Positions 37,701 through 50,992 of a DNA stretch of 64,000 bases are shown piece after piece; position 1 is the stretch's first letter, and each line of letters begins with the position of its first letter. Both the position numbers and the translations under genes were made by a program. This DNA is from Chiloscyllium plagiosum (taxonomy: Eukaryota). Where the stretch lies: positions 9,984,259 to 10,048,258 of the forward strand of contig NC_057716.1 in the NCBI RefSeq assembly GCF_004010195.1, given 5' to 3'. Below the pieces are notes generated by a model that saw only the letters and a list, made by a program, of their open reading frames with translations, searched no databases and was not told the origin of the DNA.

Positions 37701-38900
37701 TTGTTTGAGTCCACAAACTTACTAACCATTCCTCCTGTATTCACATCCAAGTCATTTATATAAATGACAAATGCAGTGGACTCAGCACTGATCCTTGCAT
37801 CACATCAATTGGTCACAGGCCTCCAGTCTGAAAAGCAATCCTCTACCATCACCCTTTGTCTCCTACCTTCAACCCAATTTTGTATTCAACTGGCTAGCTC
37901 TCCCTGTATTTCATGTGATCTAACCTTGCTAACCAGTCTACCATGCATAACCTTATTGAACGCCTTGCTGAATTCCATATAGACAATGTCTACTGCTCTA
38001 CCTTCATCAATCTTCTTGGTTATTTCTTCAAAAAACTCAATCAAGTTAGTGAGAAACGATTTCCCATGGGCAAAGCCACGTTGACTATTCCTAATCAGTC
38101 CTTATTTTTCCAAATGGGCATATAAATCCTGTCCCTCAGAAACCTCCAACAAATTAACCACCACTCTGGCTCATTAGTCTATAGTTCCCTGGGTTTTGCT
38201 TACCATCTTTCTTGAATAATGGCATTGCATTAGTCAACTTTCAGCCTTCTGGCACTTGCCCTTATCAGTGACTATCGATGATACAAATATTTCAACAAGG
38301 TGCCCAGCAATCACATTTTTCAAGTTATCACAATTTATTTTGTCAAGTTCTTCCGCATCCTTCTCAACAATAAATACTGACACAAAGTACTTGTTTAGTA
38401 TTTCACCCATCTCCAATAGTTCTAGACATAGACAGCCATGTTGATCTTTAAGGGGTCCTATTCTCTCTCTGATTACTATTTTGCCCTTAATGTATTTTAG
38501 GATCTCTTTGAATTCTCTTTAACCCTATTTTCCAAAGCTACCTTGTGGCCCTATTTTACCTTCCTGATTTCACTCTTAAGTATGCTCCTCCTGACCTTAT
38601 ACTCCAAGAAATTCATTTGATCCCAGTTATCCAAACCTGACATATGCCTCCTTCTATTTCTTGACCAGATTCCTCTAGTCATCCAGCATACACACTAGCC
38701 TTGCCCCTCGCACTAACTGGAATATCTGTCTCTGAACTCTTAGTATCTCATTTTTGAAGGTCTCCCACTTTCCAACCTTCACTTTATCGGTGAATAGCCT
38801 CTCCCAATCAACTTTTGAAAGTTCCTGTTTAATACCATCTAGACTGGCCTTATTCAAATTAAAACTTTCATTTTTCGATCTGGTCTATCCTTTTCCACAA
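34768..38900. mobile_element. Nested cluster of CR1 LINE fragments in both orientations, plus an HE1 SINE tail (34768-34918)
   Basis: Multiple ORF-track fragments (WAEKWQMEFNSDNCEVLHFG, EQRDLGVQVH, LERVQKR, NFFTQRVV). Plus strand at 36140-37425; minus strand at 34920-36140 and 37425-38900. Confidence 0.85.
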
Positions 38901-39892
38901 TGTTTGGTTGTGAAAGACGAGGAATGCATTGAACTCTACCCAGTATGATGATGATATAAGGACCTGATTGGGACAGCAGCCCTGGATCTCCAAAGAGAAA
39001 GACCAATGATCTAGATCTCATTTTTTTTGTCACAATGTTTATCACACCATCCAACTTATACCTAATTGTTATCATTCAATAAACTACATGCTGCTTAGGA
39101 TTAGAGCCTCTTCTTGCCAGACTACCAAGTCGCACTGGACAAAGCAGAGCCCAACTACAAGTAGAATACCTGCAGAAAATCTCCTTTATGGTCACTAAGT
39201 GTCCAGCTAACTCATATAACCTGATAAATAATGCTGAGGATCCATCTTATAACATAGTGCCAGCACAGGACATCACTTCATCTTGCAACACCATGCAGAG
39301 GAGTTTTATTTTACTTTTAGAGGGAACTGCAGTGGAAGCACCAGAATGGATGCATGTGGGGAAATGCAAACTGAAGGCAGGTGTGGCAGCATTTATACAA
39401 ACTTAATTTCAGCAACATCAGGAAGAGTTGTACACTCAAGTGCCACAATTTTACCATCCATGAACAGCATGCAATCAAAACTAAATGAAGTGTTTTTAAT
39501 ATGATGCGAATCAATAGTTAAGGTCTATTTCTTTCATTTTGCCCACGTCTTTTAACATATAGTTTTAACTGAACAAATGGAATCACTGTTATCGCTGTTC
39601 TCCCACCATTTAAAAGGAATTGATTTTAATTGTCTGGATTTTATATAAAATGCTATTAGTTTGAAAAAATCTTAATACAGCAAACAATGACACTCACAAT
39701 TTTTCTTCTTTAATGGAACCCTTGTTCCAAACTGTGCATTTCTAGCTAAGATTTCACCAGCAGTTGGCAATGACTCTTTGCCTGCACTGAGAAACCAGCC
39801 TGCCCTCTAGTGCTCATGAAATTTTGCTCAGTTTTCACAATAATCTTTGCGCATACATTGAAAAAAATGCATGTTATTTCCTCAATACTTAC

Positions 39893-40009
39893 AGTTATTT
39901 GGCACCAAACACAGTGGAGACCGGTGAGACCCTGGTAACATTTAATGCTTTTGCGGCATCGATCACATTTGGTTGGAGAGTTTCCTTCCACCCAAACATG
40001 CTGCATGAC
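39893..40009 (-). CDS. DGKG: Diacylglycerol kinase exon, C1b first part: [39 protein letters not shown]
   Basis: Acceptor ctatgaag, donor gtaagt, 117 nt, phase 0-0, with C1-domain Cys/His spacing. Confidence 0.93.
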
Positions 40010-40956
40010 CTTCATAGGAGATAGAGAAATTGACTAAGATTATTAAGGCTGAATAAGACAAATTAGAGAATTAGCTCATCTGTATGAATCAAATGGGGCA
40101 TCTAGAACATACCAAGAGATTCAAAATCACAGAGGTAAATTACACTGTGTGATATTATGAAAGCAAAGGCAGCATTACTTGCATCACCACAAAATAATTT
40201 TTGGTCCAACTACCTTTTCAAAGGTCGTTCACCACCACTTTCTGTGGCATTCAATTTAATTTTAAAACCGTAAGTTGCTCTAAGCTCCAAGACAGTTTGT
40301 CACCTATCACTACACATGGGTGGTGTAACAGCCCTCAGGGGCAGGCATCACAATCTCAAACTTAGCATTCACCCTCTTGAGCAAGCCTTTGAAAATGATA
40401 GCAGTTTCATTTCTGATGGGACTGATCTCATCTGGTGGCATTCATTTATTTCTTTGTGACATTCTTTTGGAACTTTCATGCCTGAATCTCTTGGTCAGTG
40501 ATGAAGTGAGAGTGTGCACTGCCGACCCCATCAGAGACAACAGGCTTCCATTTTTATGCTGGAGCTTTAGGACCTTCCAATCCAGCTTCAGCTTGTACCC
40601 AGCAATGAGGCAGGATAAGGGGCCCAGTGCTGGGCACAATTCCAAAGACACCATGACCTCTTTCATGTCAAGAGCTGAAGACATAATCCTCGAACTCTGC
40701 CTTTAGTGCAGTGAACTTGCCATTTCAAAACAAACCCATATCTGTTGCAAACGCTGTGCTCATCCAACCCATCAACCCAACACTGCTTGCTCCTTTTCCA
40801 GCATGGCTCATTTTATTCTTCATGCCTGACAATATTCACCCTACTCCTGAAATTGTTCACCACTTCCAGACCCTGCTCAGCACCATCCCACAATCTGGTG
40901 GGGAAGGTGAAGAGAAGGAGAGTAGACTGAGCAGTGTTGGAAATGCCTGTAGGCAT

Positions 40957-41010
40957 GGTGGTGATGATGGTGATGATGATGATGGTGATGATGATGACGG
41001 CGATGATGAT
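40957..41010. repeat. Imperfect (GAT/GGT)n trinucleotide repeat
   Basis: ggtggtgatgatggtgatgatgatgatggtgatgatgatgacggcgatgatgat. Confidence 0.95.
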
Positions 41011-42063
41011 CTGTGCCACGGGCATCACGCAAGGAGGGGCGGTGTTGAGAGGGAACAGCAGAGCTGTGGAGCGCATTAAGGGCTGAGAGTTTAAGAGGTG
41101 TGAGCAATGCCAGGAGGTGGGGAGCATGGATTCAGAAGGGTTTTACTAGTGTCTGAGTTCAGGATAACAGAGCAGCATTTGGCAGTGGATCAGTGTCAGG
41201 TGGAGGGTAAGCAATGTTTGGGGTGGGAGGGGGTTGTTGGTCAACAATGTCAGGAAGGAGAGAGGACAAACATTGTTATTGTGAACAGTGTGCAGGGATA
41301 CTAAATGTCCTTTGATGACATTTCTTCTAATCTAAAGGATTGCATTTCTAACAACTGGGCTTTATCCCTGTGAGAGACAGTTATCAATAAATCAGCATGA
41401 AAGACTGGGTGGACAGCCCAAACTCACTGAATGGCAGGTCACCAGTGACTTGGCAGCAAGGGCTTCCAAAGAATTATTTTGATTTCCTGTACCAAAACAG
41501 TGCTGTGAATCTGTGATTCAGGGTTCCAAACTAAATCAGCTCCCACGAGCTTCCATTTCCTCAGGTGAAAACGGGATCAGGAACCAAGGTCAGTTTTATT
41601 TTGCTGACCGTTTGGGTAAATCTTTGGAGAATTAGCAAAGTGGGAGTATACTTGTAATTGGATGTGCTCTCTTGTGCCTTGAAAACCACATTAGATCAAT
41701 AAATGTTATAGGGTTCATGGTTGAAGCCTGTTCAAAAAATATTTCGCTGGCACACATATTAAAATGTGCTTAAATTACAATCACTTTAATTGCACAGCTA
41801 ATTTTGCAAATGTTAGACTGTTACAAATAAATCTTGTATAACCTGTGAAAAATTAACATTCAGAGATTGTGATTATCAGGGCTTGAGGTTTGCTATTGGA
41901 GAGCTTGCTTACAACAGCTAAAGTATTCATTCCAGAGGATTGTAATGTATGCTTTGAGGAAAATCCTAACACATTAATGAATATCCCACTTTCAGAATCA
42001 CAGTATTCAGAAGTTTAAAACACATCTGCATGTTCTGCAAATGTTCAGTGAAATTGCACTTAC

Positions 42064-42152
42064 ATTAGTATTCCTTTTGGACTTTACGTATGTGCTTATG
42101 CATGACGCGATTTCTTTGGATACACATCTCTCATGGACTGTGTATTTGCAGA
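42064..42152 (-). CDS. DGKG: Diacylglycerol kinase exon, end of C1a: (F)[29 protein letters not shown]
   Basis: Acceptor tttttcag, donor gtaagt, 89 nt, phase 1-0. In frame with both neighbouring exons. Confidence 0.93.
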
Positions 42153-44371
42153 CTGAAAAACACAATACAGGGAGGTCAAATAATCCTTGATTCCCAATAT
42201 GGACTTGCCTTATATGTCATCTACTATGTTCATTTTGAAGTTGCATAATTTAAATCATTAACTCAAGCACATAAGAAACAGAAGTAGGTACAGGCATCTG
42301 ATCTATTGAAACAATTATGTTGGTCTCAACTCCACTTTTCTCTCTATCCTCAACTCCCTTGTCAAAAGTCTCTCTAGCTCAGCTTTCAATATATTCAATG
42401 ACTCAGTCACCACCATACTCTGAGGAAGCTAATTCCAAACACTAGAGACCCTCAGAGACAAAATTCCTTTTCATCTTCATTTTCTGTGGGAGACAACTTC
42501 ATCTGAACTCATTCTGAACTCATCTGTGAGAGGAAGTATTTCCTCAACAGCTAACCAGTCAATCCTCTCAGAATCTCATATGTATCAGTAACATCAATTC
42601 TCATCTAAACTTCAGAGTATGGCCCAAGCTGCTTAAATGTTTCCTCATAAGACAAAGCCCTTATTCCAAGAATCAGCCAAGTGAACCTTCACTGAATGAC
42701 TTAAAAAGGAGACCAAAACATTGTACTCCAGGAGTGTTTCACACATGCCCTGTGCAGTTGCTTTTTGTTTTATAATGTTCATGTGAAGTGCCTGGAGACA
42801 TTTTCTGCTGTTAAGATTGTTATAAATGTAAGTTGTTGTTTGTTACACAGCTGAATTGCAATACATTTAGTTCAATAAAGGCACACTTGGGTTATAAAAA
42901 AAGATGTCCACTTACAAATGTGACAATTGTGTGTTTTCTCAAGGAGGAACGCAATTACACTATGTACCATGCTGCCAGTGAAAGGCACACTGAGAAGTGT
43001 TGTCAAGATTGTTCCTCTATTCAGGAATGAACTAAACACATAATCATGGCCACAGTTACTTCCACAGTCATGCTGTGGCCCGAGAGGGATGCATTCTCCT
43101 GCACTCGTACCTGGGAATAAGTGATTTATGCAGAATCCATAAAGTTAGAGAAAAGCCCTTCAATACATGTCGCACTGCCGCATTCCCTATAGACTTTGAC
43201 GATTTTAAAATAACTCCAGGAATGGCCAACCACTTGTTTAATCAAAATTACAGTCAGTGGAACTCAATCAAATCCACCAACAAACTTTAAATGTGATGGA
43301 GATAGTTCAGTGGGTTTTCGAATTTTGTGGGGTGGGGTGGTTTGGGGAGCAGGGTTTCACCCAACTCCCCTATATATGTTCAGCTGCGTGTGTTGAACAG
43401 AGATGCTAGATACTGCTGGTACCTAATCAGAGTTCCATGCTGACTGGAGTCACCATCTGTCCACTCAACATGACACCTAAGCATTCTTGTTGGGCAGGTA
43501 CTCATAGTCCTCAGCTAAATGTGAGCTATTGCAGCTTGCACCTGAATGATGAACAGCCAACGGGAAAGCAATTCTAGAACCAAAGCACTGCTCATAGCAC
43601 ACAAACAAGTAACCAGATTGCTTAAACTAAGTAAGACAACTTATATAAGTGTGGTAATGTAGCGTATTTGCTATTTTGATACCCTTCTCTCAGGATACAG
43701 CTTACTTATTGGACTGAATGATTTTGCTCATCATTGAGACTTTGAATCTTGATGTGGAATCTTGTTGCAGAATAGAGCCTAATGATTGAAATCAAGCCTC
43801 TGTCCTTCTGGAGATAATTTGATTCACCTTGGAAATGCATAAAACTAAAATCGTCAGACTCCTTAAGGGAGTGACTCAAAATGCTGAACGTGACAAAGTA
43901 TCTATAATAAACCCAAATTTGTTGCCTTTCTACATAGCAAGTGAACATGTTTTGAAGTACAGTTACTTTCTTTGCTGCAGCTGATAGGATGTAGAGCAAA
44001 TTTACAGACTGCAGTTACAGACATGAACAATTTATCTGTTTTGATGGTAAAACTACACACAAACATATGAATTAGGAGCAGCAGAAAGCCATGAAGTCCC
44101 TTCAACTCCTGCTCAACTCATGGCTGATCTAACTGTAACCTCAAATCTGCATTCCCACCTAACAACTCTTCACCTTCTTGGTAACAACAACTTATCTATT
44201 CCACCTTACAAATGTTCACTTACTGCTTCCATCACCTCTTCAGGAAGAGGGTTCCAAAGACTCATGACCCTCAAAGAAAACATTTCACTTTATCTGTTTT
44301 AACATGATTTTTAAACAGGAACATTTGGTTCTAGACGCCACTAAAAGAGCAAGCATCATCTTTAACATATA

Positions 44372-45475
44372 TCTGGATCAGTGGTGCTGGAAGAGCACAG
44401 CAATTCAGGCAGCATCCGAGGACAGGCAAAATCGACGTTTCGGGCAAAAGCCCTTCATCAGGAATAAAGGCAGAGAGCCTGAAGCGTGGAGAGATAAGCT
44501 AGGGGAGGGGGGGGGGGGGGAGAGAGTAGCATAGAGTACAATAGGTCAGTGGGGAAGGAGATGAACGTGATAGGTCAGGGAGGAGAGGGTGGAGTGGATA
44601 GGTGGAAAAGAAGCTGGGCAGGTCGGACAAGTCCGGACAGGTCAGGGGACCGAGTTTCTGGAGGTTAGAAGCTAGGATGAGGTGGGGGAACGGGAAATGA
44701 GGAAACTGTTGAAATCCACATTGATGCCCTGGGGTTGAAGTGTTCCCAGTGGCTCAACATTTCAACTCCCCCTCCCACTCTGCCGAGGATATGGAGGTGC
44801 TGGGCCTCCTCCACCACCGCTCCCTCACCACCAGACGCCTGGAGGAAGAACGCCTCATCTTCCGCCTCGGAACACTTCAACCCCAGGGCATCAATGTGGA
44901 TTTCAACAGTTTCCTCATTTCCCCTTCCCCACCTCACCCTCGTTCCAAACTTCCAGCTCAGCACTGTCCCCATGACTTGTCCGGACTTGTCCTACCTGCA
45001 TATCTCCTTTTCCACCTATCCACTCCACCCTCTCCTCCCTGACCTATCACCTTCATCTCCTTCCCCACCTACCTATTGTACTCTATGCTACTCTCTCCCC
45101 ACCCCCACCCTCCTCGAAACGTCGATTTTGCCTGTCCTCGGATGCTGCCTAAATTGCTGTGCTCTCATCTTTAACCACGTGGGAAGGGAAATTGCGGTCT
45201 CTAAAGAAGGAGGCCATCTGGTGTGTTCTATGAACTGCTCCTCCTGGGAGCAGATATGGCGGAGGCGGAGGAGTTGGGAATACGGGATGGCATTTTTGCA
45301 AGAGGTAGGGTGGGAAGAGGTGTAATCCAGGTAGCTGTGGGAGTCGGTGGGTTTGTAGAAAATGTCAGTGTCAAGTCGGTCGTCACAGATGGAGATGGAG
45401 AGGTCCAGGAAGGGGAGGGAGGTGTCAGAGATGGTCCAGGTAAATTTAAGGTCAGGGTGGAATGTGTTGGTGAAA
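44372..45475. mobile_element. Rearranged young Penelope-like element (family B): inverted GIY-YIG/3' termini plus an RT fragment, nested in a CR1
   Basis: ORF track: PLE RT C-terminal region FTNTFHPDLKFTWTISDTSLPFLDLSI...YKPTDSHSYLDYTSSHP (minus) and GIY-YIG tail PVAQHFNSPSHS...LEEERLIFRLGTLQPQGIN (plus). Inversion point near 44740. Confidence 0.9.
44430..44465 (-). ncRNA. Minimal type I hammerhead ribozyme motif with intact core (sense to the DGK pre-mRNA)
   Basis: Minus strand: ATTC-CTGATGA-A-GGGC-TTTT-GCCC-GAAAC-GTC/GATT, with palindromic ACGU in place of stem III and a GUC cleavage triplet. Confidence 0.72.
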
Positions 45476-46516
45476 AATACCCTATCAAAAATCCAGCATT
45501 TCGTATGTTTCAATCAAGTCATGTTTTAGTCTTCGAAACTTCAACCAATATAAAGCCTAGCCTGTGCAATCTTTCCTTGTAACTGTCTCATTTCAGATAT
45601 GAGTCTGAAAAACCTCTGAACTGTCTCCAACACATTTACAACATTCTTCCAATAAAGTGACTGATACTGTGCACAATTCTCCAGATGCAGTCTCAATAGT
45701 ACACTGTATAACCGAAAGATAACTTCTCTACTTTTGTATTCAACTTCCCTTGCAGTAAATTCTAACATTTGATTAGCTTTTCTAATTACTTGATGTTCGT
45801 GCACGCTAACCTTTCACGATGCATGTATGAGGACAGTCTTTGCATCTCAGAACTCTGCAATCTCTCAACCCTTTGTCAAAAGAAAGCTGCTTTGGGATCT
45901 TTTATGCCCATTTTAGAGGACAACAGTGTTTTAGTTTAATGATTGATCTGCAAGATGGCTTCTCTTAAATTACAGCACTCCTTTGGTTTTCTCCTGTGCT
46001 ATGTTGAAATAAGGTATCTGTCACTTCAATAATGTGGAAGGTGGAAAACAAACTAGCTCATCTTTGCAAGTCTCCTGAACTGGTCTGAAAGGAGCTGCTG
46101 GTGTGTGAAGCAATCATGACTTTATCCCAATAATGTTGGGTTGCTACTTTCACTCTGCCAAATGACGTAACTCAAAACCAGCTTAGTTGAGCAGACACAG
46201 ATTCCAATCAACTTTCCTACCAAACTGCAGGAAGTGAATTATATCAAATCTGGAATTTAGAGTTCACTAAATAGACCTGATACTTAGCAGAATGTTTCCC
46301 GTGCATGTTGGTGTCATCTCCCTCCACTCTGAGTTCTTACTCCTAATTGAAAGTCTCCACCAAAATCCTGGAAGCTGTTTTGCATTGGAATAGTTGCCCC
46401 TGATCAGTTCAGTGAGATGAGAGATTGAATAAATTGGGCTTAGATTCTCCAGAGGTTAGAAGAATGAGAGACATTCTCATTGAAATGTGCACAGTTCTGA
46501 AGGACCTTGATTGAGT

Positions 46517-47421
46517 TGTGATCCCAGCTGATGCTACAACAGACAGGTCAGATTCCAGTATGAAATCTGACGATTGATCAGATTTTGTTCTTTTCATGTA
46601 TTACAGTGGTGTTTCAGTGAAGCATAAACACAAGGCTGCAGATTTGATTTTAACAATAAATAAAACTTTTGTTATGCAAAGCAAGAGAACCAAAATAAAA
46701 ACAAAGTTAGCTACATATATCACAGTTTAAAAGAATCCAAACTAAATCCTCTCTGTTCCCCAACTTTAGTAGCAGACTTTAATACTACCCTTAGAAATTG
46801 GCAGAATTCTTTGGAGCCAGATTTAAGTGAGAATGTAACAATGTGAGAAATAGGAGCATGAGTGGACCATCTAGCCTACCAATCACTTTACAGTTAACTA
46901 GAAATCCAGGGAATCTTTTCTTGCCTCATAAATCTGTAGGCTGACATCATTGGTGTTTTTTTAGTTTTGGGCCTGAGAGCTGTGAATCCTCACAACACTG
47001 AGATCTTAAACTTCCTTACTTTTGAAAGCAAATTTCTAACCAAAAGCTCCCTAAGTGCTTTGAACAAATTTTCTTTTCCACTCTTTTCTTCCATCTGACC
47101 TCAGGTCACTATTAAATTAAAATGCTTTGGACAAAACATATACAAAGACTTGCCCATCCTAGCTTCTGCTGAGTTAATGCTGAATTTTTTTTCTTCTCCT
47201 GTCATAAAACTCCATGATATTAACAAACTTTCATTTGCCATTCACAATGGCTTCAGTTATCTGCTATTTTATAAACTGGTTTAAAATCATGATTCTGAAA
47301 TGACTGATTTAATTAATTATTAAACTTCTTCACAAAAACAAGATCAGTCCCATATGCCACTAGTTTAAAATCCACACTCAAACAAAATTATTTTATTTCA
47401 AACCATATACCTTTCATCACA
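46517..47421. mobile_element. Possible solo LTR interrupting a CR1 fragment (46410-47770)
   Basis: TGTGAT...ATCACA inverted ends, with CR1-like sequence resuming on both sides. No clean TSD was found. Confidence 0.4.
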
Positions 47422-47846
47422 GTATGATAGACACAGAGATTGTTGATATTGATTAGTGAATCTAAAATTTGGGGTGGTGCACAATCTCAGGATAAGAGGC
47501 AATCAATCAATCATTCAGTATAGAGAAGAGGAGAAATTATGTTATTCATAAGAATTGTGAATCTCTGGAATTCTCTATTCCAAAAGAACACAGATACTTC
47601 ATTGTACATTATATTTAACACTGGGATCGGTACCTTTTGGTTTCTCAAAAATTAAGGGATAAATAGTTCAGGGAAGAAAGGAGAGTTAAAGCCCAAGAAC
47701 AGCCATCATCCCAAGAACACAGAATAGGCTTGGTAGGCTAGATGGTCCACTCATGCTCCTATTTCTCACATTGTTACATTCTCACTTAAATCTGGCTCCA
47801 AAGAATTCTGCCAATTTCTAAGGGTAGTATCAAGGTCTGCTACTAA
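46766..47846. repeat. 117 bp inverted duplication (46766-46882 vs 47730-47846)
   Basis: Direct comparison by eye shows about 2 mismatches. Confidence 0.92.
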
Positions 47847-48269
47847 TTTCCTTGGCAGCCCTCCTGAATTTCTTTGATGTATTATTAAATGCTGAAACAT
47901 CTTGGAAGCACGAAGAGGAGAAATTGAATGAAATCAGTCCAGACTCATGGCTTTTATTAACTTCCTACAAACTGACAGGGTTGCCTTTCTGCATCAGCTT
48001 ATCTTGCCTGTTTCTGCGTTGGAAAGCTTCATCTTGGAACTAGAGCCTTAGAAAATCATACGAAATTTGTGTGCGTGGAAAGTAACCATATTTAAAATTA
48101 GATTAAGTATGCAACCATATTTAAGTAAAATCAAACGTTTTAGCACATGAAATCTATGAAGCACAGAGAAACTTTCAAAAAATGTGAATGGAGGCTTTTT
48201 TAAAAAAAAAACAAGTCAAAGTTACATTCTGAATGACTGTAACAGTACTGTACTCTTTTTCCACATCTT

Positions 48270-49170
48270 TCTGACTCTGCCTTGGGCACAGTTGACAATA
48301 GCAATCTCCTCAAATATCTTTCGTCTACTGTCTAGTGTGACTGCACTCATTTGGTTCCTCTCCTATCTTTCAATTTGTGGCCACAGAATCCTCTCCAATG
48401 ATTTCAGTTCTCTTTCCATTCTCGTACCTATACCTCTTGATTTCACAAAAAATCTATCCTTATCCCCCTCCTACTCTTAACTACTGGCTACCCCTGTGAA
48501 ACATCATTTGAAAATCCATTATGTGTGACAGCAGCACCCAATTCTACCTCACCCCCAGCTGGAAGATCTTTGACTGCTTCTCCGACACCCAGTACTATGA
48601 GCAGAAATTTCCTCCAAATAAAAGTTATGACCAAAGCCATTGTTTTCCATTCCTGCTACTAAATGTGTTCATTTGCCATCAACTCCACTCTTCCATCATA
48701 CAATTCACAACTTGGATGTCCAATATGATGGCATATTCTGACTGCATACCCATCCCATCACTAAAACACCTGTTCCCACCTTGCCAAAATCACCAACTCT
48801 GCCTCAGTTACAGTTGATTAATTAATGCTTTCCTGTCTCTCTGAGCTGAACTCTCATATCCCATCCACCATCCACACATGCTCATTCAGAATTCTGCTTC
48901 CGGCATCCTAACCCACTCCACATCCTGTACACCCATCAACACTGGCTTTTGTTTGAACAATGCCATGGTTTTATAATTTTAATCGTGGATTTAAACTTCT
49001 TTTATAATCTTCCCTTATCTCTGTAACCTACATAAATTCTACAAGATATCTCCATTTCTTCAATTCACTATTGACTGCCATGCCTCCAGCTGCCTTGGAG
49101 CCCAAGCTCTGGATTTCCCTTGTAAACCTTTCCACTTCTCTTTGCTGCATTGGGATGCTCCTCAAGCCAA
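48270..49170 (+). mobile_element. Old L2-like LINE RT/3' fragment
   Basis: Remnants of ALIWFLSYLS and DSTQFYL, followed by a C-rich L2-like 3' region. Confidence 0.5.
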
Positions 49171-50057
49171 GTTACTCTTGCTGATTTGATCTTTCATTTC
49201 TTGCAGCTCCTTCAATAAAATGCACATACATTGTTGAATGTCTGATTGAATAACATGACAAAGCTCCACAGGAAGGAAAACAGTTTGTTGAAATGCAGTA
49301 TTTTCAAGATCATATTCAAAAAAATGCTGAAAAGGTTAAGTAATTTCAGGAAAGATCAATATTTTAGCATGGGGTGAAAATTCCACATCCCGTGAAAATG
49401 TAATTGTTCGTATCAGTAGGAATTTAGAGTGCAACCGATGGGGAACAATTCGGCAGGTTCCACCCAGCTTTAGATCCAGCTTGCTAAGCAGTTAACACAA
49501 AGTAAGTTTAGAGCAAAATTCAGTAGACTTGCACAAAACCATTTAATTATCTGTGCTATTATTCCACAATTCTTTTTGTCTTACCATGTAATGAATGCTT
49601 GCTCAACACTTAACTTGCACAAAAACCATTATCAAATGATTTCTGCATTATACCTCTTCTCTCTCCCTCTCTCAATATCACCGCATCCTTGAAATTACTA
49701 TTTTCAACAACATGGTAATGATTATATTGGCAAGAACAGACAAAATTGCCTTATGTTAAGATAGGCTTAGCAGACATGTGAACAATAATGCTCAGAGTAA
49801 TCTCAAGTTAGGATTTCATCTGATTCAAATTGGTTAAATTTGCAGATTGTCAATATTGAATATGTAAGTAACTTTCCTGCTAGCTAAATTGGCCTAATCT
49901 CAAAATACAATAATGAGGAGTCGGATTTATATGCCACAACGTATCAAAATAGGTACAGGAACACATGCAGACATTCAGAGAGAATGGCTAGGAACACTAA
50001 AATATAAGTGCTTCCATTAGCTGTGGATGCTTTACGGGTAAAATATATGAGGATTTA

Positions 50058-50219
<162 letters not shown>

Positions 50220-50992
50220 TCAGTGAATGTTCACTTTTTTCTTATTCCTTACCTACATATTTAACTATTATCCTTATCCATATCATTCATGCCATTGACC
50301 TTGTGTCAGCCCTTTCAAAGAGCATTCCAGTTACTTCCACTCTCCTATTTCCCTATTGTATTTTCCCCTTCACGGGTTTATCCAACTGCTTTTCAAAAAT
50401 ACAACTATTTCCATCACCCTACCAGGTTATGCATTACAAATATGGTTCCTTTCATCATTATCACCTCGAATATGTGCCGTTGAGTTTCCTTCTCTGAAGA
50501 GCATGCCTCTAGCTTCTGTATCTAACTGCATAACTTAATCTTTCATCTTTAGAGCCATTCCAGGAAATCCCTTCTCTCATCCATCCAGCTTCTTTACATG
50601 GCTTCTTCAGATAGGGTATTCAAAACTGGACCCAATGTTCAGGCTGGGTCTGACTAGCATTTTATATAAGTAGTGCGGAAGTCTTCAGAATATGTATGCC
50701 ATTCTCAAATTGCTACTCAGCATTGGAGATGCTTAGAGTAACAACTAGGTAGGAGGCCGGATCTCTTCCTGAAAAATTGAGATGGATCAAGTTTATGTTT
50801 GGGTAAGAGTGATACTGTGTCAGAGTTCCTGGGAATAATAATCCAAGCGGGGGCAACTAAACCTCTACAGACACAATTCAGATCCCAGCATAGCAACTGT
50901 ATTAATTACTACATCTGGAATAAAATGCTAACCTCATTAAAAACGGTCAGGAACCAGATGAGTATTTATGAAAATGCCCTTCAGGGGGCATT

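Noticed and set aside
39746-40015. Stand-alone 89 aa C1-domain ORF (likewise ORFs 24393-24605 and 59370-59561)
   Set aside because: Only the splice-bounded central parts are coding; the start codons and tails are intronic.
40711-41127. Poly-Asp and poly-His ORFs
   Set aside because: They are produced by a GAT microsatellite; there is no splice or domain support.
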